Shown here: piece after piece, positions 8,329 to 17,693 of the stretch
How the letters are laid out: every line of letters starts with the position of its first letter
How positions within the stretch are numbered: the stretch's first letter is position 1
Assembly (NCBI GenBank): GCA_947478745.1
Contig: CANJXE010000003.1
Span: 1-44,320, forward strand
DNA length: 44,320 nt
Reading direction: 5' to 3'
Source of the DNA: Actinomycetota bacterium
GTDB lineage: Bacteria; Actinomycetota; Thermoleophilia; Gaiellales; F1-60-MAGs149
Notes under the pieces: generated by a model
Seen by the model: only the letters and a program-made list of their open reading frames with translations
Database searches by the model: none
Told to the model about the DNA's origin: nothing
Made by a program: the position numbers and the translations under genes

Positions 8329-9512
8329 GTCGTGTACTCCGCGTTGAGCTCGACGTACAGCTTGGAGAGATCAGAGGCCCAGATGACGGCACGTCCGTCG
8401 CCGAGGCCGAGGTCAATTGCGATCTCGACGGTCGCCTCGGCAGCGGCGGCATCGACCAGCGCCTGCTCCACGCCCTCGACCGCGGCGCCGTCACGGCAGA
8501 GCAGGTGCCCGCCGATCGCGATCGCAATCCGGTCGGCGTCGATGCGCTCGCCCGTCACCCCGAGCGCCGCGATGATGCGACCCCAGTTCGGATCCCCGCC
8601 GTTGAGCGCGCACCGCACGAGCTGCGCCTCGCCGACGGCGTAGGCGATGGCACGAGCTGCGCGATCGTCCTCGGCGCCGGTGATCTCCCAGCGTGCGATG
8701 CGGTGCGCTCCCTCGCCGTCCCGGACGATCTGGAGCGCGAGGTCCTCGCAGACAGCGCGTACGGCAGCGGCGACCAGCTGGAGACCCTCGGCGTCGAGGG
8801 CGCCCTCCACCACCCCGCTCGCGAGCAGCGCGACGGTGTCCGAGGTCGAGGTGCAGCCATCGACGGTGATGCAGTTGAAGGTGGCATCGACGGCCGCGCG
8901 CAGGAGCTCGTCGGCCTGGGTGGCGCTCAGCGGCGCGTCCGTGGTGATGACCGCGATCATCGTGCCGAGGTCGGGGCGGATCATGCCGGCGCCCTTGGCG
9001 ATGCCACCGACGCGGATCGCGCCGAGCGAAGTCCGGACGTCGCACTGCGCCAGCTTCGGGGCGGCATCCGTCGTGGTGATCGCCAGCGCGGCGTCGTCAC
9101 CGCCGTCGTCGGCGAGCGCCGCGAGGGCCAGCCCGATGCCGGACTCGACCTTGTCCATCGGAAGCGGCACGCCGATCACGCCCGTCGAGGCGACCAGGAC
9201 CTGCGCGGCCGGGCAGTCGAGACCGGCGGCGACGAGGGCGACCATCCGCTCGGCGTCGCGCATCCCGCGCTCTCCGGTGGCGGCATTGGCGTTGCCGCTC
9301 TGCACGATGATCGCACGGATCTCGCCGTTGGCGATGTGGGTCCGCGAGACCATGACGGGCGGCGCGGCGGTCGCGCTGCGCGTGAAGACGGCCGCGGCCG
9401 GCACCGCGCGTTCGGCGACGATCAGCGCCACGTCGGGGCGACCCGAGGCCTTGATGCCGGCGGTGACACCGGCCGCGCGGAAGCCGCGGGGATAGAGCAC
9501 GCCTACGGCCAC
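8325..9512 (-). CDS. argJ: Ornithine acetyltransferase / N-acetylglutamate synthase
   Basis: GNANAATG, STGVIG, TTD, KGAGMI, DGCTSTSDT, DGEGA, DPNWGRI, NAEYTT. Confidence 0.96.
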   Translation of the reverse strand: MAVGVLYPRGFRAAGVTAGIKASGRPDVALIVAERAVPAAAVFTRSATAAPPVMVSRTHIANGEIRAIIVQSGNANAATGERGMRDAERMVALVAAGLDCPAAQVLVASTGVIGVPLPMDKVESGIGLALAALADDGGDDAALAITTTDAAPKLAQCDVRTSLGAIRVGGIAKGAGMIRPDLGTMIAVITTDAPLSATQADELLRAAVDATFNCITVDGCTSTSDTVALLASGVVEGALDAEGLQLVAAAVRAVCEDLALQIVRDGEGAHRIARWEITGAEDDRAARAIAYAVGEAQLVRCALNGGDPNWGRIIAALGVTGERIDADRIAIAIGGHLLCRDGAAVEGVEQALVDAAAAEATVEIAIDLGLGDGRAVIWASDLSKLYVELNAEYTT

Positions 9513-10459
9513 AGACCCCGCACCGCCAGCCCGGCCGTCTCCTCGACGCCGAGCATGATGTTGGCATTCTGAATGGCCTGGCCTGCGGCGCCCTTGACGA
9601 GGTTGTCCAGCGCTGAGGCGATCACCACGGTGCCCGTCCGGTCATCGGCCCAGACGTTGAGCCAGCAGACGTTGGAGCCTGCGAGCTTCTGCGGCGCGGG
9701 ATGGCCGCCGAGCTGCACGAAGGGCTCATCCGCATAGCGCTGCGTGTAGAGGTCGTCGAGGTCGGCCTGATCGAGCGTGCTGACGGTGCGGACCTGCGCG
9801 GTCACCAGCAATCCGCGGCTCGTCGGCAGCAGGTGCGGGACGAACGTGGCCAGCTGCGGAGCGCCGGCGAGGGACCCGAGCTCCTGCTCGATCTCCGCGA
9901 GGTGGCGATGGCCGGTGACGGCGTAGGGCGTGATCCCGTTGTACAGCTCGGGCAGGTGGGTCTTGTCCGTCGGCGTGCGCCCGGCACCCGTGACGCCGGA
10001 CTTGCCGTCGAGGTGCACCGGTCCGTCGATCAGCCCGGCCTCCGCCAGCGGCGCTACGCCGAGGATCGCCGCGGTCGCGTAGCACCCGGGATTGGCCACC
10101 GCACGGGCCACGCGCACGCTCTGGCGGTGGAGCTCCGGCAGGCCGTAGGTCCAGCCGTCGACGCGGAAGTCCGAGCCGAGGTCCACGACCTGCGTCCCGA
10201 GCTCCAGCAGGCGCTCGCCCAGGCTGCGCGACTCGCCGTGCGGGAGCGCGAGGAACACGACGTCGCACTCGCTGAGCGCGTCGGCGTCGATATCGTCGAA
10301 GCCCTCGCTCCGCGCTTGGAGCACCGCGGGCCGCAGCGACGGGTGCGCCGTGAGGATGCGGATCAGCTCCTGCCCGGCATACCCGGATGCGCCCACGACT
10401 CCGGCGGTGAGCGGCCGGGTGTCGGGCTCGTTCGGGGTCGGTGCGGTCGTGTACTGCAT
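9503..10459 (-). CDS. argC: N-acetyl-gamma-glutamyl-phosphate reductase
   Basis: GASGYAG, LALPHG, YGLPEL, ANPGCY, SGVTGAG, DNLVKGAAGQA. Confidence 0.95.
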   Translation of the reverse strand: MQYTTAPTPNEPDTRPLTAGVVGASGYAGQELIRILTAHPSLRPAVLQARSEGFDDIDADALSECDVVFLALPHGESRSLGERLLELGTQVVDLGSDFRVDGWTYGLPELHRQSVRVARAVANPGCYATAAILGVAPLAEAGLIDGPVHLDGKSGVTGAGRTPTDKTHLPELYNGITPYAVTGHRHLAEIEQELGSLAGAPQLATFVPHLLPTSRGLLVTAQVRTVSTLDQADLDDLYTQRYADEPFVQLGGHPAPQKLAGSNVCWLNVWADDRTGTVVIASALDNLVKGAAGQAIQNANIMLGVEETAGLAVRGLWP

Positions 10460-10509
10460 GAGGGAATCTGGAGTCTCGCACAGGCCCGGCAACAGCCAGG
10501 CCAGCGCCT

Positions 10510-11565
10510 CTAGCGACGGCGCTTGCCGCGGCTGCGCTGGTTCATGTGCATGCGCTGCAGCACCTCGAACTCGTCGAGGGAGCGTCCGGAACCGACCGCC
10601 ACGCACGTCAGCGGCGACTCGGCCACCTGCACCGGCATCTGCGTCTCGGCGCGGACGCGCTCGTCGATGCGCGTCAGCAGCGCTCCGCCGCCGGCGAGCA
10701 CGATGCCCTTGTCCATGATGTCGGCCGCGAGCTCCGGCGGCGTCTGGTCGAGCGTCGACTTGATGGCACCGATGATCTCGATCAACGGCTCCTCCAGCGC
10801 ACTGCGCACCTCGATGGACGTCAGCAGGATGGTCTTGGGAAGGCCGGTCACGAGGTCGCGCCCGCGCACCTCGCACGTCGCGTCCTCGTCGGCGCGCGGA
10901 TACGCGCTGCCGATCTCGATCTTGACCTGCTCTGCGGTCTGCGTGCCGATCAGCAGCTTGTGGGCCCGCTGGACGTACTTGACGATGGCATCGTCGAGCT
11001 CGTCGCCGCCAACGCGAATCGACTGGGCCACGACGATGCCGCCCAGCGAGATGACGGCCACCTCGGTGGTACCGCCGCCGATGTCGACGATCATGTTGCC
11101 GGAGGGCTCGGAGACGGGGAGTCCGGCGCCGATCGCGGCGGCCATGGGCTCTTCGATCAGGTAGGCGACGCGGGCACCGGCGGACAGGGCCGCCTCCTCC
11201 ACCGCGCGCCGCTCGACACCGGTCACGCCCGACGGGACGCAGACGACGACGCGGGGATGCGCCCAGCGGTTCTGGTGCACCTTCTGGATGAAGTGGCGGA
11301 GCATCTCCTCCGTCACCTCGAAGTCGGCGATGACGCCGTCCTTGAGCGGGCGAATGGCAGTGATCGACGCTGGCGTGCGACCGAGCATGCGCTTGGCCTC
11401 GATGCCGACGGCGAGCACGGTGCGCGTCATCTGGTCGAGCGCGACCACCGACGGCTCGGAGAGCACGATGCCGCGGCCGCGCACGTAGACGAGCGTGTTC
11501 GCAGTGCCGAGATCGACAGCCATGTCGCGACTGCCGAATCCGAAGGTCCAGTTCCTGATGCCGAT
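10510..11565 (-). CDS. mreB: Rod shape-determining actin homolog MreB (start proposed at ATC 11565; first ATG at 11523)
   Basis: [46 protein letters not shown]. The upstream in-frame FGFGSRD is MreB-like. Confidence 0.96.
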   Translation of the reverse strand: MGIRNWTFGFGSRDMAVDLGTANTLVYVRGRGIVLSEPSVVALDQMTRTVLAVGIEAKRMLGRTPASITAIRPLKDGVIADFEVTEEMLRHFIQKVHQNRWAHPRVVVCVPSGVTGVERRAVEEAALSAGARVAYLIEEPMAAAIGAGLPVSEPSGNMIVDIGGGTTEVAVISLGGIVVAQSIRVGGDELDDAIVKYVQRAHKLLIGTQTAEQVKIEIGSAYPRADEDATCEVRGRDLVTGLPKTILLTSIEVRSALEEPLIEIIGAIKSTLDQTPPELAADIMDKGIVLAGGGALLTRIDERVRAETQMPVQVAESPLTCVAVGSGRSLDEFEVLQRMHMNQRSRGKRRR

Positions 11566-11610
11566 TGGGAGCTCCCTTGCGGCAGGATCTGCCGCTTCAG
11601 GTCACGGATT

Positions 11611-12201
11611 CTACGCCCGATCCGCATTCCCTCCCGCGACCACGAGGCTGATTCCCTCGGCGGCGAGCAGCTGGCCGAGCAGCGCGACCGGCAGGCCGAC
11701 GACGTTGGCGTAATCGCCGACGACCGACGCGACGAGCGCGGCACCGGTCTCCTGGATGGCGTACCCACCGGCCCGCCCCCTCCACTCTCCGCGCTTCACG
11801 TAGGCATCGAGCTCGTCGTCGTCGAGCGCGATCAGGCGCACGCGGGTCTCTGCGACAAGGACGCGCTCCTGCGCCCCGATCAGGGCGATGCCCGACAGGA
11901 CGCGGTGCTCGCGCCCGGCTAGGTGCGCGAGCATCGCCCGCGCTGCGGTGGCGTCGGCCGGCTGGCCCAGCACCTCGCCTCCGTCGACGACCACCTCCGT
12001 ATCGACACCGAGGACGGGGCGATCGGTCGTGCGCTGCGCGACGGATCGCGCCTTGCCCAGCGCGCGCTCCTGCACCACCTCCTCCGGCGTTCCCGGGATC
12101 GGCACCTCGTCGTAGTCAGGCCGCTCGATGCGAAAGGCAACGCCCAGCGCGGTCAGGATCGCCCGGCGCTGGGGCGAGGTCGATGCGAGGACGAGGTCCA
12201 C
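11611..12201 (-). CDS. maf: Maf family nucleoside triphosphate pyrophosphatase
   Basis: LVLASTSPQRR, LGVDTEV, AGGYAIQ, NVVGLP. Confidence 0.93.
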   Translation of the reverse strand: MDLVLASTSPQRRAILTALGVAFRIERPDYDEVPIPGTPEEVVQERALGKARSVAQRTTDRPVLGVDTEVVVDGGEVLGQPADATAARAMLAHLAGREHRVLSGIALIGAQERVLVAETRVRLIALDDDELDAYVKRGEWRGRAGGYAIQETGAALVASVVGDYANVVGLPVALLGQLLAAEGISLVVAGGNADRA

Positions 12202-12219
12202 GCCCGGAGTATCGGTGAT

Positions 12220-13119
12220 CTACAGCTCGAGGCCGTGCGACGCGACGTGCTCGGCGAAGCCAACGGGCGTGAACCCGAACTCCTGCTGCACCCCGTCGAG
12301 GCTCGCCGCGACGTTGTCGTTCTCGAGCAGCTCGACCGCGGCCGGCGTGACCGGCGGGTTCGGCAGCACCTGCAGCAGCTTGGCCTGCAGCTTGACGATG
12401 CCCATCGGCGCGTGGACCTTGCGGACCTTGGGCTTGCCCATGCCGCGGCCGATGATGTCGAGGATGTCGTCGTACTCCAGCGCCTCGACGCCGCCGAGCT
12501 CGATGTAGCGCCCGAGGCGGGAGTCGCCGTTCAGGCAGTCCTGCGCCGCGCGGCACACGTCGTCGACGTGGATCATCTGGATGCGCGTCTTGCCGTTGCC
12601 CGCGACGGGCACGATCGGGCCCTTGACGAGACCGGCCATGGCGGCGATGAAGGGCGCGTGCGGACCGAACTGGACGGACGGCTGCAGGATCGTCCACGGG
12701 ACGCCAGCGGCCTTGAGGCCCTCCTCGCCGCGGCGACGCCCGGCGAGGTACGGACCCGGCTTGGAGCCGCCGCTGTCGATGCCTCCGAAGTGGATGATGC
12801 GCCCCGCGCCGGCAGCGGTGGCCGCCTCGGCGAGGGCGATGATGCCGTCGGCGTTGATCAGGTCGTAGCCGCCTGCAGGGGCCTTCTTCTCACCGGTGAT
12901 CGCCGCGCAGGAGATCACGGCCGACACGCCCTCGCAGGCGCGCCGCAGCGATTCGGGATCGCCGAGGTCGCCGACGACGAGCTCGGCGCCGGGGGCGACC
13001 GTCGCGTCGGGGCGACGCGCCATGGCGCGCACGGACAACCCGGCGCTGGTGAGCCGTCGGGCGAGGCGTCCACCGATGAAGCCGGTGGCGCCGGTGATGA
13101 GGATCGGGCCGTCAGTCAT
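12220..13119 (-). CDS. NAD(P)-dependent epimerase/SDR (NDUFA9-like)
   Basis: ILITGATGFIG Rossmann motif, GDLGDPESL, WTILQPS..FG, IHVDDV. Confidence 0.88.
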   Translation of the reverse strand: MTDGPILITGATGFIGGRLARRLTSAGLSVRAMARRPDATVAPGAELVVGDLGDPESLRRACEGVSAVISCAAITGEKKAPAGGYDLINADGIIALAEAATAAGAGRIIHFGGIDSGGSKPGPYLAGRRRGEEGLKAAGVPWTILQPSVQFGPHAPFIAAMAGLVKGPIVPVAGNGKTRIQMIHVDDVCRAAQDCLNGDSRLGRYIELGGVEALEYDDILDIIGRGMGKPKVRKVHAPMGIVKLQAKLLQVLPNPPVTPAAVELLENDNVAASLDGVQQEFGFTPVGFAEHVASHGLEL

Positions 13120-13123
13120 GGGC

Positions 13124-13690
13124 TTACTGTGCCACGTTCGGTCGTGCGTCCGCGGCGACCGAGCTGGTCGCGAGGCGGCGCATGCCGAGCAGGGCACGGC
13201 TCTTGACGGTGCCGAGCGGCGTGTTCGTGCGCTCGGCGATCTCCGGGTACGTGAGGTCGCCGTAGAAGGCCAGGGCAAGCGTCTCGCGCTGGGCGTCGGG
13301 CAGCTCCTTGAGCGCTTCGGTGAAGTCCATGCGATCGACGAGCTCGTTGTCGTGGGAGTCCTGCGTGATCTCGCGACCCTCGTGCTGGGCGAGCGGCGGG
13401 CGAACCGCGGCGCGGCGCGTCCAGTCGACGGCACGGCGCGCGGTGATCGTGCGCAGCCAAGCGGCGACGGGAGCGACCTTGGGGTCGTAGCGCTCGGCGC
13501 TGCGCCAGGCGTCCAGGAAGATCTCCTGCGTCAGCTCATCGGCGCGGTCCATGTCGCCGGTGCGGCGACGAGCGTAGGCGCGAACCACGGCGAAGTAGCG
13601 CTTGTAGAGCTCCGCGTATGCGTCCATGTCGCCCTTGGCCGTGCGGGCCACGAGCGATTCGTCTGTGTCGGTGGGGCGGATCAGTGCCAT
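13124..13690 (-). CDS. ECF sigma-70 factor (SigK-like), no adjacent anti-sigma
   Basis: Region 2 ADELTQEIFLDAW...WLRTITARRAVD; region 4 LPDAQRE...TYPEIAE...PLGTVKSR; SD AAAGGGA upstream of ATG 13690. Confidence 0.93.
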   Translation of the reverse strand: MALIRPTDTDESLVARTAKGDMDAYAELYKRYFAVVRAYARRRTGDMDRADELTQEIFLDAWRSAERYDPKVAPVAAWLRTITARRAVDWTRRAAVRPPLAQHEGREITQDSHDNELVDRMDFTEALKELPDAQRETLALAFYGDLTYPEIAERTNTPLGTVKSRALLGMRRLATSSVAADARPNVAQ

Positions 13691-13853
13691 GAGGAGATTC
13701 CCTTTCAGCCTGTCGGTAGATCTATTTATACACCACTTAGTCGGGAATACAAGTAGTTCGTGACTAAAAGATGGATATATCTCTGCCGGCTGGCGTGTCG
13801 AACCCCTCCACACGCGTACACTTCGGCTCCAGCACGGCGTTTGCGTCGTCCCC

Positions 13854-13924
13854 GCGGGTATAGCTCAGTGGTAGAGCAGCAGCCTTCCAAGCTGAATATG
13901 CGAGTTCGATTCTCGCTACCCGCT
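13854..13924 (+). tRNA. tRNA-Gly (anticodon TCC), CCA not encoded
   Basis: Acceptor stem GCGGGTA/TACCCGC, D-arm GCTCAGTGGTAGAGC, anticodon loop CTTCCAA, T-arm GCGAGTTCGATTCTCGC. Confidence 0.97.
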
Positions 13925-13977
13925 CTTTGCGGCCGACTACGCGGCGGTCCGCCCCGCCCGGGTCTAGCGTCGGCGGC

Positions 13978-15285
13978 ATGGCAGGTGGCTGGCAGACGCT
14001 GACGGGGTTCCGCGACCGAGCCGATGCCGGGCGAGCGCTCGCCGCCTCCTGCCGCGACGCCGATCTGCCGCTCCCCGTGGTGCTGGCACTGCCGCGCGGC
14101 GGCGTCCCCGTCGCGGCGCCCGTCGCCGAGATGCTCGGCGCCCCGCTCGACGTGCTGCCGGTGCGCAAGATCGGCTGCCCGGGCAACCCGGAGTTCGGCA
14201 TCGGCGCCCTCGCCGAGGGTGGCGGGCTCTACCTCGATGAGGAGTCCGTCGAGCGACTCGCCCTCTCGCGCATCGAGGTGCAGGGCGCGATCGACCATGC
14301 GACACGCGAGCTCGACGCGGCGATCCGCCGGTTTCGGACGGGGCGGCCGCCGGTCGCCCTTGACGGCCGCACCGCGGTGATCGTCGATGACGGCATCGCG
14401 ACGGGCGGCACGGTGCGCGCCGCGATCCGCGCCGCCCGCGGCCGGGGCGCGGCGTCGGTGGCTGTGGCCACGCCGGTCGGCGCACCGGACACCGTGCAAC
14501 GGCTGCGCAGTGAGGCCGACGTCGTCATCACCCTGCTCGAGCCGCTCGACATGGGAGCGATCGGCTGGTTCTACGAGCGCTTCTCCCCCGTTTCCGACGA
14601 CGAGGTCATCGCCTTGCTCGACCGTGGCCGTCCGGCCGTGCCGGCCCGCGAGGTGCTGATCCCGACGACCGATGGCGAGCAGCTGATCGGGGACCTCGAG
14701 GCGCCGCGACGCACCATCGGCCTCGTCATCTTCGCCCACGGCAGCGGCAGCAGCCGTCGCAGCCCACGCAACCGAGCCGTGGCCGCCCGGTTGCGCGAGT
14801 CCGGCTTGGCGACGCTGCTGCTGGATCTCCTGACACCGCTCGAGGGTGAGGATCGCGGCCACGTGTTCGACATCCCGCTGCTGGCGCGACGACTCGGTGA
14901 TGCGATCGCCTGGGCCGACTGCGATGCGGCCACCCGCGGGCTGCCGCTGGGCCTGTTCGGTGCCAGCACGGGCGCGGCCGCGGCGCTGATCGCCGCCGCC
15001 GCCGATCCCGAGCACGTGCGCGCGGTCGTGTCCCGCGGTGGGCGCGTGGACCTGGCCGAAGCCGCGCTGGACACGGTCCGCTGTCCCGTGCTGCTGCTCG
15101 TGGGCGGCGCCGACCACGAGGTCCTGATGCTCAACCGCGAGGCGCGCACGCTGTTGCGCTGCGCGTCCCGGCTGGACGTGATTCCCGGCGCCACGCACCT
15201 GTTCGAGGAGCCAGGCACGCTCGAGGCGGTCGCCGAGCGTGCCGCGGGCTGGTTCGCCGGCCAGCTCGCGCCACCGCCGCAGTAG
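13978..15285 (+). CDS. Phosphoribosyltransferase fused to a dienelactone-hydrolase-like domain
   Basis: FRDRADAG, LALPRGGVPVA and VIVDDGIATGGT (PRPP loop), followed by FAHGSGSSR.SPRN, GASTG, VSRGGR and ATHLFEEPG. Confidence 0.9.
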   Translation: MAGGWQTLTGFRDRADAGRALAASCRDADLPLPVVLALPRGGVPVAAPVAEMLGAPLDVLPVRKIGCPGNPEFGIGALAEGGGLYLDEESVERLALSRIEVQGAIDHATRELDAAIRRFRTGRPPVALDGRTAVIVDDGIATGGTVRAAIRAARGRGAASVAVATPVGAPDTVQRLRSEADVVITLLEPLDMGAIGWFYERFSPVSDDEVIALLDRGRPAVPAREVLIPTTDGEQLIGDLEAPRRTIGLVIFAHGSGSSRRSPRNRAVAARLRESGLATLLLDLLTPLEGEDRGHVFDIPLLARRLGDAIAWADCDAATRGLPLGLFGASTGAAAALIAAAADPEHVRAVVSRGGRVDLAEAALDTVRCPVLLLVGGADHEVLMLNREARTLLRCASRLDVIPGATHLFEEPGTLEAVAERAAGWFAGQLAPPPQ

Positions 15286-15294
15286 AGTCCCGGC

Positions 15295-16218
15295 ATGACC
15301 GCCGACCTCGCAGCCGACCGCATCCGAACCCGCAACGCGATCGGACCGTGGGGCGCCTGGTCCTTCGGGTTCGCCTACGCCCCGGCTGCTGCGATGCGCC
15401 CTGCGGCCCAGGCGATCGAGGCCGCTGGCTATGGCTGCCTCTGGTACCCCGAGACGCTCGACAGCCACGAGGCCTACACCAACGCCGCCACGCTGCTGGC
15501 GGCCACCGAGCGCCTGCACATCGCCACGGGCATCGCCAGCATCTGGTCGCGCGATGCCCGCGCCTCGGTCCAGGCCGCCCGCACGCTGGCCGATGCCTCC
15601 GACGATCGCTTCATCCTCGGCCTCGGCGTCAGCCACCGCCCCCTGATCACCGCCCGCGGGCACGTCTACGAGAAGCCCGTCGCCACGATGCGCGCGTACC
15701 TCGACGCGATGGAGCAGGCCGGTGACGCGGTCCCGCTCGGCGACGACCAGCCGCCAATCCACGTCGTACTCGCTGGCCTGCGCCCGCCGATGCTCCGCCT
15801 CGCCGCGGAGCGCTCGCTCGGCGCGCACCCGTACCTCGTGACCGTCGACCACACGCGCCGCGCCCGCGAGGTGATGGGGCCCGAGGCCCTGCTCCTGGTG
15901 GAGCACAAGGTCGTGCTCGAGACCGATCCCGTCGTCGCCCGTGCACGGGCCCGCGCCGATATCGCCTGGTACCTCGAGGCCGAGCACTACGCCAAGAACC
16001 TCCTGTGGCTGGGTTTCGACGAGGAGGACCTGGCCAACGGCGGCTCCGACCGCCTCGTCGACGAGCTCGTCTTCTGGGGCGACGAGGATGCCATCGCCGC
16101 GCGCCTGCGCGAGCACCACGCCGCGGGCGCCGATCACGTCGCGATCCATCCGGTCCACGACGACGCCGACCCGCTCGGCGTCGAGACCTTCGCGCGCCTC
16201 GCGGCGCACCTGGGCTAG
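15295..16218 (+). CDS. LLM-class oxidoreductase, probably F420-dependent (TIGR03620-like)
   Basis: LLAATERLHIATGIASIW, RFILGLGVSH, P.MLRLAAERSLGAHPY, AGADHV. Confidence 0.88.
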   Translation: MTADLAADRIRTRNAIGPWGAWSFGFAYAPAAAMRPAAQAIEAAGYGCLWYPETLDSHEAYTNAATLLAATERLHIATGIASIWSRDARASVQAARTLADASDDRFILGLGVSHRPLITARGHVYEKPVATMRAYLDAMEQAGDAVPLGDDQPPIHVVLAGLRPPMLRLAAERSLGAHPYLVTVDHTRRAREVMGPEALLLVEHKVVLETDPVVARARARADIAWYLEAEHYAKNLLWLGFDEEDLANGGSDRLVDELVFWGDEDAIAARLREHHAAGADHVAIHPVHDDADPLGVETFARLAAHLG

Positions 16219-16862
16219 GTCGTCACGATCGTCAGGCGCCAGGGCGCATCGGCGCGCTCCGGCGACTCGAGCTCGCAGGGGAACCGCTGGCGGATCAGGG
16301 CGGCGAGCGCCTCGACGGTCGCTGGCTGCTCGCCGGACTCCGCGACGTACCGCGCCACCTGGCCACGCGTCTTCTTGGCGTCATGGGAGACGACCGTCCG
16401 CTTGCCCGCCGCCTCGCGCACCACCGCGACGTGCGCCGTGCGCTCGGCCAGCGCGCCGCTGGGGCGCCAGGCCGCCACGTAGGTCGCGGAACGGCAGTCG
16501 AGGATCGCACCCCGTCCCGCCGCCTTGGCCAGCTCGGGCTCGAGCAGCGGCCGCCAGCGCTTGGCGTCGATCTCGCGGCGGTAGGTCGCGATCCGATCGC
16601 CCGGCCGCACGGCGCCGTACTGCGCGGAGATGATCACGAAGCGCCGCTGCACTGCGGCCGGCAGCGACGGCAGGTCGAGGGCCTGGTAGAGCACGCCCGT
16701 GTAGATGTCGCGCGCGAGCCCGGTGGGCGTCTCGCGCAGCACGGGCGTCAGGAGCCGCTCGCGCTCGGCGGTCAACGAGGGGAACGAGAGGCACGAGAGA
16801 TCGAGCGGGCGGCCCTTCGCGGGCTGGGCCTTGCCCTCGCTCGGTGGCAGGAGAAACAGCAC
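16215..16862 (-). CDS. yaaA: Peroxide stress protein YaaA (DUF328), compact
   Basis: LLPPSEGK, YTGVLYQAL, SAQYG.VRPGD.I..YR, DCRS..Y, VSHDAKKTRG. Confidence 0.88.
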   Translation of the reverse strand: MLFLLPPSEGKAQPAKGRPLDLSCLSFPSLTAERERLLTPVLRETPTGLARDIYTGVLYQALDLPSLPAAVQRRFVIISAQYGAVRPGDRIATYRREIDAKRWRPLLEPELAKAAGRGAILDCRSATYVAAWRPSGALAERTAHVAVVREAAGKRTVVSHDAKKTRGQVARYVAESGEQPATVEALAALIRQRFPCELESPERADAPWRLTIVTT

Positions 16863-16938
16863 GGGACGATCGTCGCAGGCGGTGCCTCGGGCGCCGGACC
16901 GGCGCGGTCCCCCCACGGGCGGATGCGACACTGCGGCC

Positions 16939-17667
16939 ATGGCCGGCTTCGTCGATGTCCACTCCCACGTCGTGTTCGGCGTCGACGATGGCGCGCACAG
17001 CCTCGACCATGCGGTCGAGCTGCTGACCGAGGCCCGCGACACCGGCACCCGCCTGATCTTCGCGACGCCGCACATCGTCCCGCCGTACCACGGCTGGAAC
17101 GCCTCCCAGCCGCGCATCGCCCGCATTCGCCGCCACTTCGCCGCGCTGCGGGACCGCGCGCCCAGCGGCATCGAGGTGCGTCTCGGCTACGAGGTGACGG
17201 CGCGCCCGCACCGGCTGCGGGCTGGCGACGACATCGCGCGCTTCCGTCTGGAGGGCACGGAGCTCGTGCTGATGGACGGCCCGCAGGCCGCGCCCTGGGT
17301 CGGCGACTCGACGATGGAGCGGCTGGTCCGCCGGATCCGCGCCGAGGGACTCACGCCGATCCTCGCGCATCCCGAGCGGCGGGCCAGCTGGCGGCGCGAG
17401 CCGCCCGACCCCGGCTTCGCCGAGCGCATGAAGGCGGCCGGCGCGCTGCTGCAGGTGGACGCCTCGGGCCTGACGGGCGCCGATGGGCCCAACACCGACG
17501 TCGAGGCTCGCCGCCTCCTGGCCGAGGGCCTGATCGACCTGATCGGCTCCGACGGACACGGCAGCCGCTCACCCGCACGCCTCGATGTGGCCCGCACGAT
17601 GGCCGCCGAGGTGGTCGGCGACGCAGCCGCCACCCGCCTCGTCGACGGCTCCGCCCTCAAGCTCTGA
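16939..17667 (+). CDS. CpsB/CapC/YwqE-type PHP tyrosine-protein phosphatase
   Basis: DVHSHVVFGVDDG, ATPH, LAHPER, GSDGH. Confidence 0.88.
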   Translation: MAGFVDVHSHVVFGVDDGAHSLDHAVELLTEARDTGTRLIFATPHIVPPYHGWNASQPRIARIRRHFAALRDRAPSGIEVRLGYEVTARPHRLRAGDDIARFRLEGTELVLMDGPQAAPWVGDSTMERLVRRIRAEGLTPILAHPERRASWRREPPDPGFAERMKAAGALLQVDASGLTGADGPNTDVEARRLLAEGLIDLIGSDGHGSRSPARLDVARTMAAEVVGDAAATRLVDGSALKL

Positions 17668-17693
17668 CGACGCCGGGGACTAGAGTGCCTCCC

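Noticed and set aside
10460-10509. ARG box upstream of argC
   Set aside because: No convincing TGCAT-N-ATGCA type palindrome; only the ATGCA of the start codon matches.
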